The translations under genes were made by a program, and so were the position numbers. From Octopus sinensis (Eukaryota), in NCBI RefSeq assembly GCF_006345805.1, contig NW_021833064.1, positions 62,001 to 126,000 of the forward strand: 64,000 bases of DNA. Direction: 5' to 3'. How positions within the stretch are numbered: the stretch's first letter is position 1; each line of letters begins with the position of its first letter. This document shows, in pieces, positions 38,500 to 50,998 of the stretch. Below the pieces are notes generated by a model. The model saw only the letters and a list, made by a program, of their open reading frames with translations, was not told the DNA's origin and searched no databases.

Positions 38500-39450
38500 T
38501 CTAGTAAATAAAAAAAAGTAAATAAATTATTATTTTTTTAGGAGAAAGCACTTTACCACCCAGCCGAAAGACTTTTTAATCTTCAGAACTACCCTATCTT
38601 TCCGCATTCTATAGCCAAGAAAAACTCAAGATTTTAGTGCCAATGAATACTCAGTACTATTAAGAGGGTTGTGCAAGAAATTAAATTAGACGTGGCAATT
38701 CTCTAAGTCTCGATAAGAAGTAAAGAAACATAAATACTGTTTATAGGTAAAGTGTTTTAGCACCATTTAAAACGTTCATTTTATCTGTAATAAATTAATC
38801 CATAATGCAACCCGGTGGCGCCTGTTTGGACATATTTTACGAATGAAGAAAGAAACACCTTGCAATATGGCCATGGAAGAATTTTTTGGCCATACTGAAT
38901 ACTCTAAATATAGAGGACGTCCAAGAGACTGTTTTCCGGGAATACTTACGAAGGAATATGCTACGATCGGAGGCCGATTGAAGGATGCATACAATCTGGA
39001 CGAAATCGGAAAGAGGGCAAGACGATGAAAGGGATGGAAGAGGCTAACGACAAGAATAGTTAAAAACATGGCACAAGCGAAACCATAAACTTTGTTTACT
39101 GGCAACGCGAACGTGCATTAACTAACTAACTAACCATAATGCAAAGGTGAATGTCGTACCGTTGGTTATTACGTGGGATGGAATAACATCCAGATTCTAT
39201 AAACACTACCAGAACTCCTTACAAGTCCAGGAATCCACGCGAGGTTATATCCAGTCAATTGTGATCAAGAGAACATTGGAAAGCATGCGCCCGGAGTATA
39301 AACTCCTTCCTACAGCGACGAAGCATGCAATTAAATCGGACTCGAGAACAACCACAAAAGTGGCCTGCCCTGTAAAATGGATAAGTGTACCCGTCGAGGA
39401 CACTTGCTCGGGCTCGAAGAGAAGGAGAATCGACTGAATGCAGACGCAAT
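38500..39450 (+). mobile_element. Two adjacent non-LTR 3' fragments (RTE-like, then R4/Dong-like)
   Basis: RWRLFGHILRM...RGRPR (38815-39030); VVPLVITWDG...YIQSIVIKRTLES (39147-39437). Confidence 0.6.
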
Positions 39451-39451
39451 A

Positions 39452-41131
39452 CAGTCCGACCTCTAATTGGGGCGCACCTCCAGGGGTGGGGCACCTCTTT
39501 TTTGGGGAAAACTCTGTTTTGGGGCATTATAAATTTTTTTAACCAAATTATAAAAAATCAATTAATTTTAACATCTCTATTTGGGGCATTGATTTTTTAT
39601 TAAATAAAATTAATTATACCAATTTAAAAAATAAATATTTTAAGACACGTTTCATTTCAAATTTCTTGTGTAATGCCTTTGAATTATGAAACCAAGTTGA
39701 AGATTGCTGATCATCTTTTAAAAAAAGAACATTCTGAGAGGAGATTATCCATAATGTACAATACTAGCAAGGGAACTATTTTTCGTATAAAAAAGAATAT
39801 TCTTCCATTTATCAAAAAAGGATTTCTTTCCTCATCATTAAGTGAAAATAAAAACGGATTTGATGAAAAAGTCCTTGATATTTTTCAGCGTCTAAGGGAT
39901 CAGAATGTTCCAGTTTCTGGAACTCTTTTAAAAAAAATTTCCCTAACTGTTTCTTCGAGAATGGGTTTAAACAAGTTTAAAGCTCCAAATGGATGGTTAG
40001 AAAAATTCAAGCAGAGGCATGAATTAAAATTCCGAACATTGTCAGGCGAATCCGCATCTGCTGATCATGCGATAATTTTGAATTTTTTATCAGAATTAAA
40101 TATCAAAGTTGAACAATATGAAAAGGAGAACATTTTTAATTGTGACGAAACTTCTCTTTTTATCAAACTTACCCCACGTAAATCATTCGTGAAAACTGGT
40201 GATTCGGCACGGGGCTTTAAAAGGAGTAAAGATAAAGTTACTCTTCATCTATGCTGTAGTTACACTGGAAAAAAATTTGAACCATTAATAATCGGAAAAT
40301 ATAGAAATCCTAGATGTTTCAAAAAATTTTCTCCCGAAATTTATGGAATTTTATACTCTTCGTCCAAAAATGCGTGGATGACAAGAGACATTTTTATATC
40401 CTGGCTCAAAAAAATTAATGAAAAAATGATTATTCAAAAAAGAAAAATCTTAATGTTATTAGATAACGCTGCTTGCCACAAAATATCGACATTTAGCAAC
40501 GTTGATTTTTTATTTTTACCAAAAAATACGACACCAATACTTCAACCATTGGATGCTGGAATCATTAAAAATTTCAAGGATAATTATTTGAATTGTCTAA
40601 TTGATTTTTTATGTTTTCAAGACGACCAGGATTTGTTTATAGAGTCTTTATTTAAATTAAATTTGCGGCAAGTGGTAACAATAATCTCAGATGCTTGGAA
40701 TAATGTATCTGCGGATATTATTTATAACTGCTGGCAAAAGGTTTTTCGACAACCTCCATCAGACTCGAGTTGCATAAATGAATCATCTGAAGAAATATTT
40801 AATAATGTTATTGATGAATGTTTTGACGAAATAGAAGATAATGATCCAAATATCTATGAGAATATAAGCTGCGAACCATCAATATCACAAATTTTAAGTT
40901 TGATGGAGACAAACATCTTTGATTTGATTCCAGATTCTCTTCATGATTTTTATAAATTCAGAAAGAAAGTGTTGTTAGGAATTAAAAATAAATATAAATA
41001 TGGAGAAAAATTAACTGATTATTTTAAAAAATAATGTTCTTTTTCTTTATTTATTGAGCTTTTTGAAAAACCTCTTTTTTGGGGAAACCTCTGATTTGAG
41101 GCACTTAGTGCCCCATTTAGAGGTCGGACTG
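39452..41131 (+). mobile_element. Pogo/Tigger DNA transposon with intact 453-aa transposase (39673-41034)
   Basis: TIRs CAGTCCGACCTCTAA...GGGGC, TA on both sides; CENP-B-type HTH (GWLEKFKQRH), FNCDETSLF, LLDNAACH, QPLDAGII (D-29-D). Confidence 0.95.
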
Positions 41132-41427
41132 TAATTAAAAATCAATTTTATCTGGACTTTTCAAATAAATTCTTTCTGCAATAATTTATACACTCTTCTC
41201 ATCTCATCAATAAAAAGTTCTGGGATAAGTAATATATTCATATTTATGACAATTCTAGCAACAAAGTGCACTAAAATAATTAGCAGCCATTTAATTTGAG
41301 AATGATTTAGTAAAGAAATAATGCGGGTAGGTTGACACGTGAATAGACGAACGTGAATTGACGCGACCGATAAGTATTTATACTTGATTGCCGTTTTGAG
41401 TTTGATTTCTGTTTATTTGTTTATAAA

Positions 41428-42253
41428 ATGTTTTCTTTTCATAATCCTAAAAATATCACTATATCTATCCGAGTCCCCAATTGCCAGTATACGGCAGAAA
41501 TAGTCGGAAAACAAGGTGCTGCGTGAATATTAACCGACAGGGTCAAAAATCAAAGCCATTTGCGAAGACACAACACATTCATTCAGAATCCCACCAGAGG
41601 AGAAGAACCAATCTTCTGCGTGACTGGGGCCTGAGGATGTCGAAAAGGCCATCAACGAAATCAAATGTGCTGCTCAACATTTTTCAAAAATCCGGTCGAC
41701 ACAACTCGTGGGAGATGAACAGGTGGTGGCGTACGTGAAGGTACCTGACCACTTGGTGGGACTGATTGTGGGGTATGGGGGAATGACGATCACACGAATA
41801 CAGCGCGAGACGGGCACATACATTGTCTCGCCCACTCGAGGGAAGGAGCCCGTTTTCAAAATCATTGGGAAGACCAGTGATGTGACCTGTGCCTATGATA
41901 AAATCAAAGCACACGTTCAGACGAGAACAGGGGTGAATGAGGGAGACATCAGAAGATGTATGTTCCTAACGATTGAGGAAATGGAGACTATTCATAGCAA
42001 GTCCATTGAGTCGGGTGACGAGGAACAGTGCAAGGATATCACCCTTAAAAACACGACTCCTCCTAGTAGGGGCTCGACTTCGCCCAGTGATCAATCTTGG
42101 GATATCACCTATGAATCATGTTTGCATAGACCATTTTACGGAATTCTATTTTGTGGGTATTATGACCCGTCGCTTTATATGTTCTCCTACTTGCAGTACT
42201 TGGAGACAATGTGCTATATCCACTTTTTCAATTCGCAACTTTGTTATGAATAA
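41428..42253 (+). CDS. MEX3: MEX3-like tandem KH-domain RNA-binding protein
   Basis: AEIVGKQ|GSKIKA (25-nt intron 41516-41540), NPTRGEEPIF.VTG, AAQHFSKIR, VPDHLVGLIVG.GG.TI.RIQRETGTYIVSPTRGKEPVF; two single-base shifts in homopolymers in KH1. Confidence 0.88.
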
Positions 42254-42392
42254 AGTAACGCTTGGCTGGAATAAAATTCTAATTTCTTTTTATTTCTTAA
42301 GTTATTTACTATTTTTTAATTTACTTAGACGCCACAATCTTTTAAAAAGTGTTTAAAAAAAGTGGAATTTTATGAAAATAATTATTTCATTC

Positions 42393-42500
42393 TCATGCGC
42401 ACCCATGATCCTCGGGAGGCGAACTGGCTAATGCAACGGTTCTCGATTGCCATCATCCGGGGAAACAGTTTGGCATTCCGCCAGGCTACATATCTACCAT
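42393..42500 (+). mobile_element. Short CRE-like 3' stub
   Basis: Similar at the DNA level to 26490-26570 (GATCCTCGGGAGG..ACTGGCTA.TGCAACGGTTCTCGAT). Confidence 0.65.
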
Positions 42501-43247
42501 AAACATAATCCTATTGGGAAATTAACAATTGATAACAAAAAAATTATTTCATTTATTTGATTGTATTAAAGTTCTAAATGTCCAGGCGCAATTTATTATT
42601 AGCACAATTTATTTATAGCCCGGCATGTGCAACAAACAATATTACACAACTAATTAAGTTGCTTCATGCATTTATTTATTGACCAAAAAACCAGGGTAAG
42701 CCAGTTAATTATAATAATCCGCGTGATCCCCGATTCAAGCGAGGGAGATCCTTCTGAAAAGTTTGATCCTGCCCACATGAATCGGACTGAGATGTTCGTT
42801 AGAGATTTGATCAACCTGAATGTGATTTTTTAACACAAATTAATTTCTTGTAAAAAATAATTGTAATAATGGAATCATTTTTGGTGACAATTAACTTTAA
42901 TAGTTAATGTAATTACAGTCTATATCTATATTGCATGTATCAATAAAATTGCCCACACCAATACGTGCAATAAACAGATAAACTCGAAGTGAAGCTTTCA
43001 TTTTGTCAAATTCATGATACAAAACCACCAGAATGAGAAATTCTTACGTTTTGTAAATAAGAATGAACATGGTTATTCCTTCGATTTCTATTTAAGTGTT
43101 TTGAAGTCCTTTTGTGTAGAACAAGTAATGCAAACAAGCTCTCTCTCTATTTTGCAGTGCACCAACAGATCACTAATACAGTGGGAAAACTTTCTCTTCA
43201 AATAATTAATTAGTCGAGGCCTACAAAATGTATCGAAAAACTTGAAA

Positions 43248-43490
43248 TCACAAAGTGTAAATATTTGAACATTTTTTGCTATCCGCTGAAGGATCGTAGA
43301 CAAATTGATGTTCAGTGACAGCAACAAATCCCTCCTCAAGTGTGGGGTACTCAAATCCGGCATAGAACTCATCAAACTCCTCTTTGGACGTCAAATCAAT
43401 TCCCCCATCACTCGAAAAGTGTCTCACTGCATTCAAATGCTGAGCCAATTCGAGATTGACAGCCAAAACAAGACATGCGGGCTCTGCTAG
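43248..43490 (-). pseudogene. PNKP: Orphan C-terminal fragment of polynucleotide kinase 3'-phosphatase
   Basis: ACLVLAVNLELAQHLNAVRH...FEYPTLEEGF aligns with the PNKP C-terminus (RCFLFTATLEQARHNNRFR...FEAPTLAEGF); upstream sequence is hAT transposase, not PNKP. Confidence 0.6.
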
Positions 43491-43562
43491 TGTTATGAGC
43501 CATAACACTGATTTTTCACTAAATCTGACTGAAGCATTTGTTTCAGCAAATATTCCTTTATA

Positions 43563-45360
43563 CAGTAGACTATCCATTTAACGAAAAAAAATTTAACGAA
43601 AATATTCATTTTACGAAAGTCAAAATATTTTTTTACGTTTTTCCTTAGATAAATTCAAAAATAAATTTTTTTTTCTTTGTATTAGTGAATATTTAAATAT
43701 ATTTAACGAATATTTAAATAACGAAAATTAAAATTTTTGATAAAATTTTAAAATATTTTTCCTCGCTATTTCTTTGTAGTAAACCATGTTGCAAGGGTGA
43801 ACAATATGAAAAAAAAAAGAAAACTTATCAATTTCAACAAAAACTGGAAGTTATTGATTTCAAGAAGATAATCCTGCTGTTACTCAAGAAAATTTGGCTC
43901 AGCGGTTTAATATACCTATTGGAGTGATCAATTCAACGTTGAACGTTGAAGAAAATGCATTGTATGGATCAAGGCGTCACAAACAAAAAAAGAATATTAC
44001 ATTTAAAAGTTGTACTGATAAGATATATGAACCACTATATGCATGGATTCAGATCAAACGTTTCTGTAATCACACCATAACTAATGAAATGGTACGCGAA
44101 ATGGCACTCAAAATTGCTCAACGATTTTATAATGAAAATTTCAAAGCATCTCACCCAGATTTCACGCTTTAAGGAAGAGTATAAAATAAAAACACTCACG
44201 ATTTCTGGAGAAGAACAATTAGTGGATCCCGTTTTGCTTTAGATTCATATGAACGCTTTGCAGCCATGTTAAAAAATATGGATCGAAAAATGTTTACAAC
44301 TGGGATGAAACTGCCTTTTTTTCAAATGTACTCCAAAAAAAACATTAGTTCTTGACTCCGAATCAAGGGCTTCAGGAAAATTTTCTAAAGAACGAATAAC
44401 ACTGTTATTATGCACAAATATGGAAGGAGATAAAGAGCATCCGTTGGTAATCGGAAAATTCAAAAATCCTCATGTTTTAAAAATATTAAATGAATAATCT
44501 TGGGATTCAATATGCAAATAGTAATAAATCTTGGATGACCAGTTTAATTTTTAAAAACTGGGTTGAACGGTTAAATTCCAAAATGAGTGTGGAAAATAGA
44601 AAGATTTTGCTTTTTTAGATAATGCGCCATGTCACTATTTTGATGGCGAATTCAGTAATATCGAATTGTATTTTCTTCCTCTAAAGACAACATCTAAGAT
44701 TCAACCAATTGATCAAGGGATTGTGCATTCATTTAAATCGTTGTATAAAAAAGGAATGACTAGAAATTTGAGTATGGGAACAAATATAGGAACATTGTCA
44801 TATACAGATGAACTTACCAAATTCAAATTAGTGAATGCTCTACCTTTAATTATTGAAACTTGGAACGAAGTCACAGTGGACACTATCAAAAATTGCTTTA
44901 ACAAGGCATTAAATAATTGGGCGAAGATAGATGAAAAAATACTTGAAGAATCCACTGACGAAAAAGGTATTAATTTAAATCACCTTACAATTAAAGATAA
45001 TAAAAGTGAAATTATGATTGAGTTTCCTGTCTGTGCACCTGTCGTCTGCGAAGAAAACGCGTATCTTGATACAATACAATGTGAGGAAGAAAATGAGCAT
45101 GAAGAAATAGATAGCACAAATGACAATCCATTGGTTATGCGATGCACTTAAATATTTGGAAAATATTGAAAAATATTTTTTGCAAGAATCTGGTGAACAT
45201 ATTCACCTAATTACAAATTTGAGAAATATATTGGCAAAAATTAAAAAGAAGGAACCTAAAATTACCGATTACATGACACATTTTTAATTAAACAATTTTT
45301 TTCGTTAAATTCATTTAACGAATGCTCAATTTTCATTTTCGTTAAATGAATAGTCTACTG
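43563..45360 (+). mobile_element. Tigger/Pogo transposon, copy A
   Basis: TIR CAGTAGACTATCCATTTAACGAA / TTCGTTAAATGAATAGTCTACTG; TA TSD; frameshifted transposase. Confidence 0.92.
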
Positions 45361-46206
45361 TATAAACTAAGGAATCCTGCATTAATCAATTTTTTCAATG
45401 CTATCGGATTCGAGTTACCCTCAGAATCCAAATGCCGAAATAATGTCAAAATTTTGGCCGAAAGACGTGTCCATGAGATAATCAGCTTGTTAATTAATGA
45501 AAAAAATTTTTTTATCGTGGATAAGACTGACGCTGGTAATGAAAAAATAGTAAATATTCTTATTGGGAAAATAACGGATCCCCAAATCAGCTATCTTATT
45601 GGTTGTGTACCATTAATTCTTCGCTTAATGCATCAATTCTATGTCAGATTGTGGATGATACGATTTGATGTGCAAATGTTGAGAGGAAAAATTTTTATTT
45701 GTTATTAACCGACGCGGCAAAGTATATGATTTTAGCCGGAAAAACACTAAAAAATTTGTATCCTAATTTATTCCACGTAACATGTATTGCACATTTAATT
45801 CACAATTGTGCATTAAGGATAAAACTAAATTATCCTGTAGTGGATAACTTAATTGCCTCTATAAAAGAACTTGTTTTGAAAAATAATAGTCGAAGGCAAC
45901 TATTTGCTGAAATAGGACTACCTCCTAAACCTATTGTTACTAGATGGGGAAGCTGGCTCCGAGCAATCAAGTACTACGCGGAAAATTTTCCCAGAGTGTT
46001 GGAAATATGCAATTCGCTAAAAGGAGAATCCATATTGATTCGGAGAGCAATGGAATCAATAAAAAATGAAGGACTTCTTAATGATTTAAAGGAGATATGG
46101 AATCAATATTCCCCACTCGTTGATGTTCTTAGTGAAATTGAGTCAAGGAACTTTTCTATCCAAAAAGCATACAATTTTCTGAGAAAACTCGATTTCAAAG
46201 AAGATA

Positions 46207-48008
46207 CAGTAGACTATCCATTTAACGAAAAAAAATTTAACGAAAATATTCATTTTACGAAAGTCAAAATATTTTTTTACGTTTTTCCTTAGATAAATTC
46301 AAAAATAAAATTTTTTTTCTTTGTATTAGTGAATATTTAAATATATTTAACGAATATTTAAATAACGAAAATTAAAATTTTTGATAAAATTTTAAAATAA
46401 TTTTTCCTCGCTATTTCTTGTAGTAAACCATGTTTGCAAGGGTGAACAATATGAAAAAAAAAGAAAACTTATCAATTCAACAAAAACTGGAAGTTATTGA
46501 TTTCAAGAAGAATAATCCTGCTGTTACTCAAGAAAATTTGGCTCAGCGGTTTAATATACCTATTGGAGTGATCAATTCAACGTTGAAGAAAATGCAATTG
46601 TATGGATCAAGGCGTCACAAACAAAAAAAGAATATTACATTTAAAAGTTGTACTGATAAGATATATGAACCACTATATGCATGGATTCAGATCAAACGTT
46701 TCTGTAATCACACCATAACTAATGAAATGGTACGCGAAATGGCACTCAAAATTGCTCAACGATTTTATAATGAAAATTTCAAAGCATCTCACCCATGGAT
46801 TTCACGCTTTAAGGAAGAGTATAAAATAAAAACACTCACGATTTCTGGAGAAGAACAATTAGTGGATCCCGTTTTGCTTATAGATTCATATGAACGCTTT
46901 GCAGCCATGTTAAAAAATATGGATCGAAAAATGTTTACAACTGGGATGAAACTGCCTTTTTTTCAAATGTACTCCAAAAAAAACATTAGTTCTTGACTCC
47001 GAATCAAGGGCTTCAGGAAAATTTTCTAAAGAACGAATAACACTGTTATTATGCACAAATATGGAAGGAGATAAAGAGCATCCGTTGGTAATCGGAAAAT
47101 TCAAAAATCCTCATGGTTTTAAAAATATTAATATGAATAATCTTGGGATTCAATATGCAAATAGTAATAAATCTTGGATGACCAGTTTAATTTTTAAAAA
47201 CTGGGTTGAACGGTTAAATTCCAAAATGAGTGTGGAAAATAGAAAGATTTTGCTTCTTTTAGATAATGCGCCAGTTCACTATTTTGATGGCGAATTCAGT
47301 AATATCGAATTGTATTTTCTTCCTCTAAAGACAACATCTAAGATTCAACCAATTGATCAAGGGATTGTGCATTCATTTAATCGTTGTATAAAAAAGGAAT
47401 GACTAGAAATTTGAGTATGGGAACAAATATAGGAACATTGTCATATACAGATGAACTTACCAAATTCAAATTAGTGAATGCTCTACCTTTAATTATTGAA
47501 ACTTGGAACGAAGTCACAGTGGACACTATCAAAAATTGCTTTAACACAAGGCATTAAATAATTGGGCGAAGATAGATGAAAAAATACTTGAAGAATCCAC
47601 TGACGAAAAAGGTATTAAATTTAAATCACCTTACAATTAAAGATAATAAAAGTGAAATTATGATTGAGTTTCCTGTCTGTGCACCTGTCGTCTGCGAAGA
47701 AAACGCGTATCTTGATACAATACAATGTGAGGAAGAAAATGAGCATGAAGAAATAGATAGCACAAATGACAATCCCATTGGTTATGCAGATGCACTTAAA
47801 TATTTGGAAAATATTGAAAAATATTTTTTGCAAGAATCTGGTGAACATATTCACCTAATTACAAATTTGAGAAATATATTGGCAAAAATTAAAAAGAAGG
47901 AACCTAAAATTACCGATTACATGACACATTTTTAATTAAACAATTTTTTTCGTTAAATTCATTTAACGAATGCTCAATTTTCATTTTCGTTAAATGAATA
48001 GTCTACTG
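46207..48008 (+). mobile_element. Tigger/Pogo transposon, copy B (near-identical to A)
   Basis: Same TIRs with TA TSD; LLLDNAPVH, QPIDQGIV motifs; differs from A mostly by indels. Confidence 0.92.
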
Positions 48009-48012
48009 TACA

Positions 48013-50998
48013 TCTTAATAATAAAATGGTATGGTGTGTGTCTGTCTGTCTTTCTGTCTGTCTGTCTGTGTGTGCACACCAACTTCAAATTGGCAATACG
48101 ATGTCCTCGACTTACATGATGAGGTCCTTAAAACCTTCCCCCCCCCAAAAAAATTAAAAAAAAATTTTCTGCATTTTGGTCAAAATGAACAACTACGATG
48201 TCCTCGACTTACATGATGAGGTCCTTAAAACCTTCCCCCCAAAAAAATTAAAAAAAATTTTCTGCATTTTGGTTAAAATGAACAACTACGATATCCTCGA
48301 CTTACATGATGAGGTCCTTAAAACCTTCCCCCCAAAAAAATTAAAAAAAATTTTCTGCATTTTGGTCAAAATGAACAACTACGATGTCCTCGACTTACAT
48401 GATGAGGTCCTTAAAACCTTCCCCCAAAAAAATTAAAAAAAAATTTTCTGCATTTTGGTTAAAATGAACAACTACGATATCCTCGACTTACATGATGAGG
48501 TCCTTAAAACCTTCCCCCCAAAAAAATTAAAAAAAAATTTTCTGCATTTTGGTTAAAATGAACAACTACGATATCCTCGACTTACATGATGAGGTCTTTA
48601 AAACCTTCCCCCCAAAAAAATTAAAAAAAAATTTTCTGCATTTTGGTTAAAATGACAACTACGATGTCCTCGACTTACATGATGAGGTCCTTAAAACCTA
48701 CCCTCCAAAAAAAAATTAAAAAAAAATTTTCTGCATTTTGGTTAAAATGAACAACTACGATGTCCTCGACTTACATGATGAGGTCCTTAAAACCTACCCT
48801 CCAAAAAAAATTAAAAAAAAATTTCTGCTGCATTTTGTTAAAATGAACAACTACGATGTCCTCGACTTACATGATGAGGTCCTTAAAACCTACCCTCCAA
48901 AAAAAAATTAAAAAAAATTTTCTGCATTTTGGTTAAAATGAACAACTACGATGTCCTCGACTTACATGATGAGGTCCTTAAAACCTACCCTCCAAAAAAA
49001 ATTAAAAAAAAATTTTCTGCATTTTGGTTAAAATGAACAACTACGATGTCCTCGCTTACATGATGAGGTCTTTAAAACCTTCCCCCCAAAAAAATTAAAA
49101 AAAAATTTTCTGCATTGGTTAAAATGAACAACTACGATGTCCTCGACTTACATGATGAGGTCCTTAAAACCTACCCTCCAAAAAAAAATTAAAAAAAAAT
49201 TTTCTGCATTTTGGTTAAAATGAACAACTACGATATCCTCGACTTACATGATGAGGTCTTTAAACCTTCCCCCAAAAAAATTAAAAAAAATTTTCTGCAT
49301 TTTGGTTAAAATGAACAACTACGATGTCCTCGACTTACATGATGAGGTCCTTAAAACCTACCCTCCAAAAAAAATTAAAAAAAAATTTTCTGCATTTTGG
49401 TTAAAATGAACAACTACGATGTCTCGACTTACATGATGAGGTCCTTAAAACCTACCCTCCAAAAAAAATTAAAAAAAATTTTCTGCATTTGGTTAAAATG
49501 AACAACTACGATGTCCTCGACTTAATGATGAGGTCCTTAAAACTACCCTCCAAAAAAAATTAAAAAAAAATTTTCTGCATTTGGTTAAAATGAACAACTA
49601 CGATGTCCTCGACTTAAATGATGAGGTCTTAAAACCTCCCGCCAAAAATCAAAAAATTATTTTCTGCATTTTGATTAAAATGAACAACGCGAATGTCCTC
49701 GACATTCATGATGAGGTCCATTAAAACCTTCCAGGCAAAAATCTCACGTATTAAGAATATCCTTGATGAAAACGACAGCGAGAATATTAACAATGATGAA
49801 TCCCATTATTCGCGATAAAGAAATTCAATTCATCCTATGTTTTCTCTTTAAAATTAAATGCATATATCATTATCGACCATGAATCAAAATTAAAGCTATT
49901 ATCATATTTGACTTTGACAGAAAATGCAATCACAGATTGCACGACTTTAAATAGAGTGTGCAATTAACAGATTTTGAAAAAACCACTTTGATAGTTGAAA
50001 CCACATTAGCACAATCATTAACACTTTTTTAAATAGATAACCGAAGGAGGAAAAACGAAGCTGAAGAAAAACGGTCAGCTTAAGGTAATTAATTAAATCT
50101 CTTTTGTGCGTCGCTTTTATGGCTGCTGCTACTCTGCTTGCCCCATCTCCGCCTGCCCCATTCTGCCTGCCCCATTTCCGCCAGTGGTTTGTCTAATCAA
50201 GGTCACTAAGCTAAATCTCCGGACTATAAAGGCTCTTAAGCATTATCTTAATTGGCTGTTAAAAAATTAGACAGGTTGTTGCCGTGGCGGCAGAGATTTT
50301 TTTGTTTATACTATTTACAAATTTTTAAAGTTTTTTTTGTTTTTTTTATTTTTTTTGTTTTTAAATTATTTATTTTTATTTGTTTTTTTTTTTTTTTTTG
50401 TTATTTTCTAAAAATTCAACCGGATTGAATTTTTAAACTCCTTAGATCCCTCTGGAATGCCCAATCATCTTTTAAAGTTAAAGATAGGCGTTCCAGTGGT
50501 TTTATTACGAAATCTTGCGCCACCTAAATTATGCAACGGAACGAGGTTAGTTATCAAAAATTTGATGGCTAACGTAATAGAGGCGACGATATTAACAGGT
50601 AAGTATAGAGGTGAGGATGTTTATATTCCACGAATTCCGATAATTTCTGATGAATTACCATTTAGATTTAAAGGCTGCAATTTCCTTTGAGATGAGTTTT
50701 GCAATGACAATAAACAAGGCCCAGGGACAGTCATTAAAGGTAGTTGGGTTATTTTTAGAGAGTGAGTGCTTTTCACATGGACAGCTGTATGTGGGATGCT
50801 CGAGGGTAGGCAGAAGAGAAAATTTATTCATATATGCCAAGGAAGGACGGACGACAAACATCGTTTATCAACAGGCGATAGAATAGGGTTACATTAAACC
50901 AGGTAGTTTTATACATCTACATAAACTTATAGTTGTTTGATGAAACAGGCCCTCCGCAGGAGCTAGGTCGCGGTGAGCGAAGCGAGCTGCCGAGCTAG
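48013..50998 (+). mobile_element. Non-autonomous Helitron with internal tandem array and PIF1 helicase C-terminal fragment
   Basis: A|TC 5' end, (TCTG)n, 3' GC-rich subterminal motif and CTAG|T; ORFs 50457-50886 with [48 protein letters not shown]. Confidence 0.88.
48097..49730. repeat. Tandem array, about 93-bp unit, about 17 copies, inside the Helitron
   Basis: Unit TACGATGTCCTCGACTTACATGATGAGGTCCTTAAAACC...AAAAAAATTAAAAAAAATTTTCTGCATTTTGGTTAAAATGAACAAC (starts at 48194, 48287, ...). Confidence 0.95.

Noticed and set aside
41580-41640. MEX3 pseudogenisation or programmed frameshifting (likewise many transposase frameshifts)
   Set aside because: The shifts sit in short homopolymers, and the same indel noise occurs in both satellites and between the Tigger copies, so long-read error is more likely.
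48176-48436. ORF encoding a repetitive protein (NYDVLDLHDEVLKTFPPKK)n
   Set aside because: Chance translation of the 93-bp (31-codon) Helitron repeat; the frame breaks in later units.
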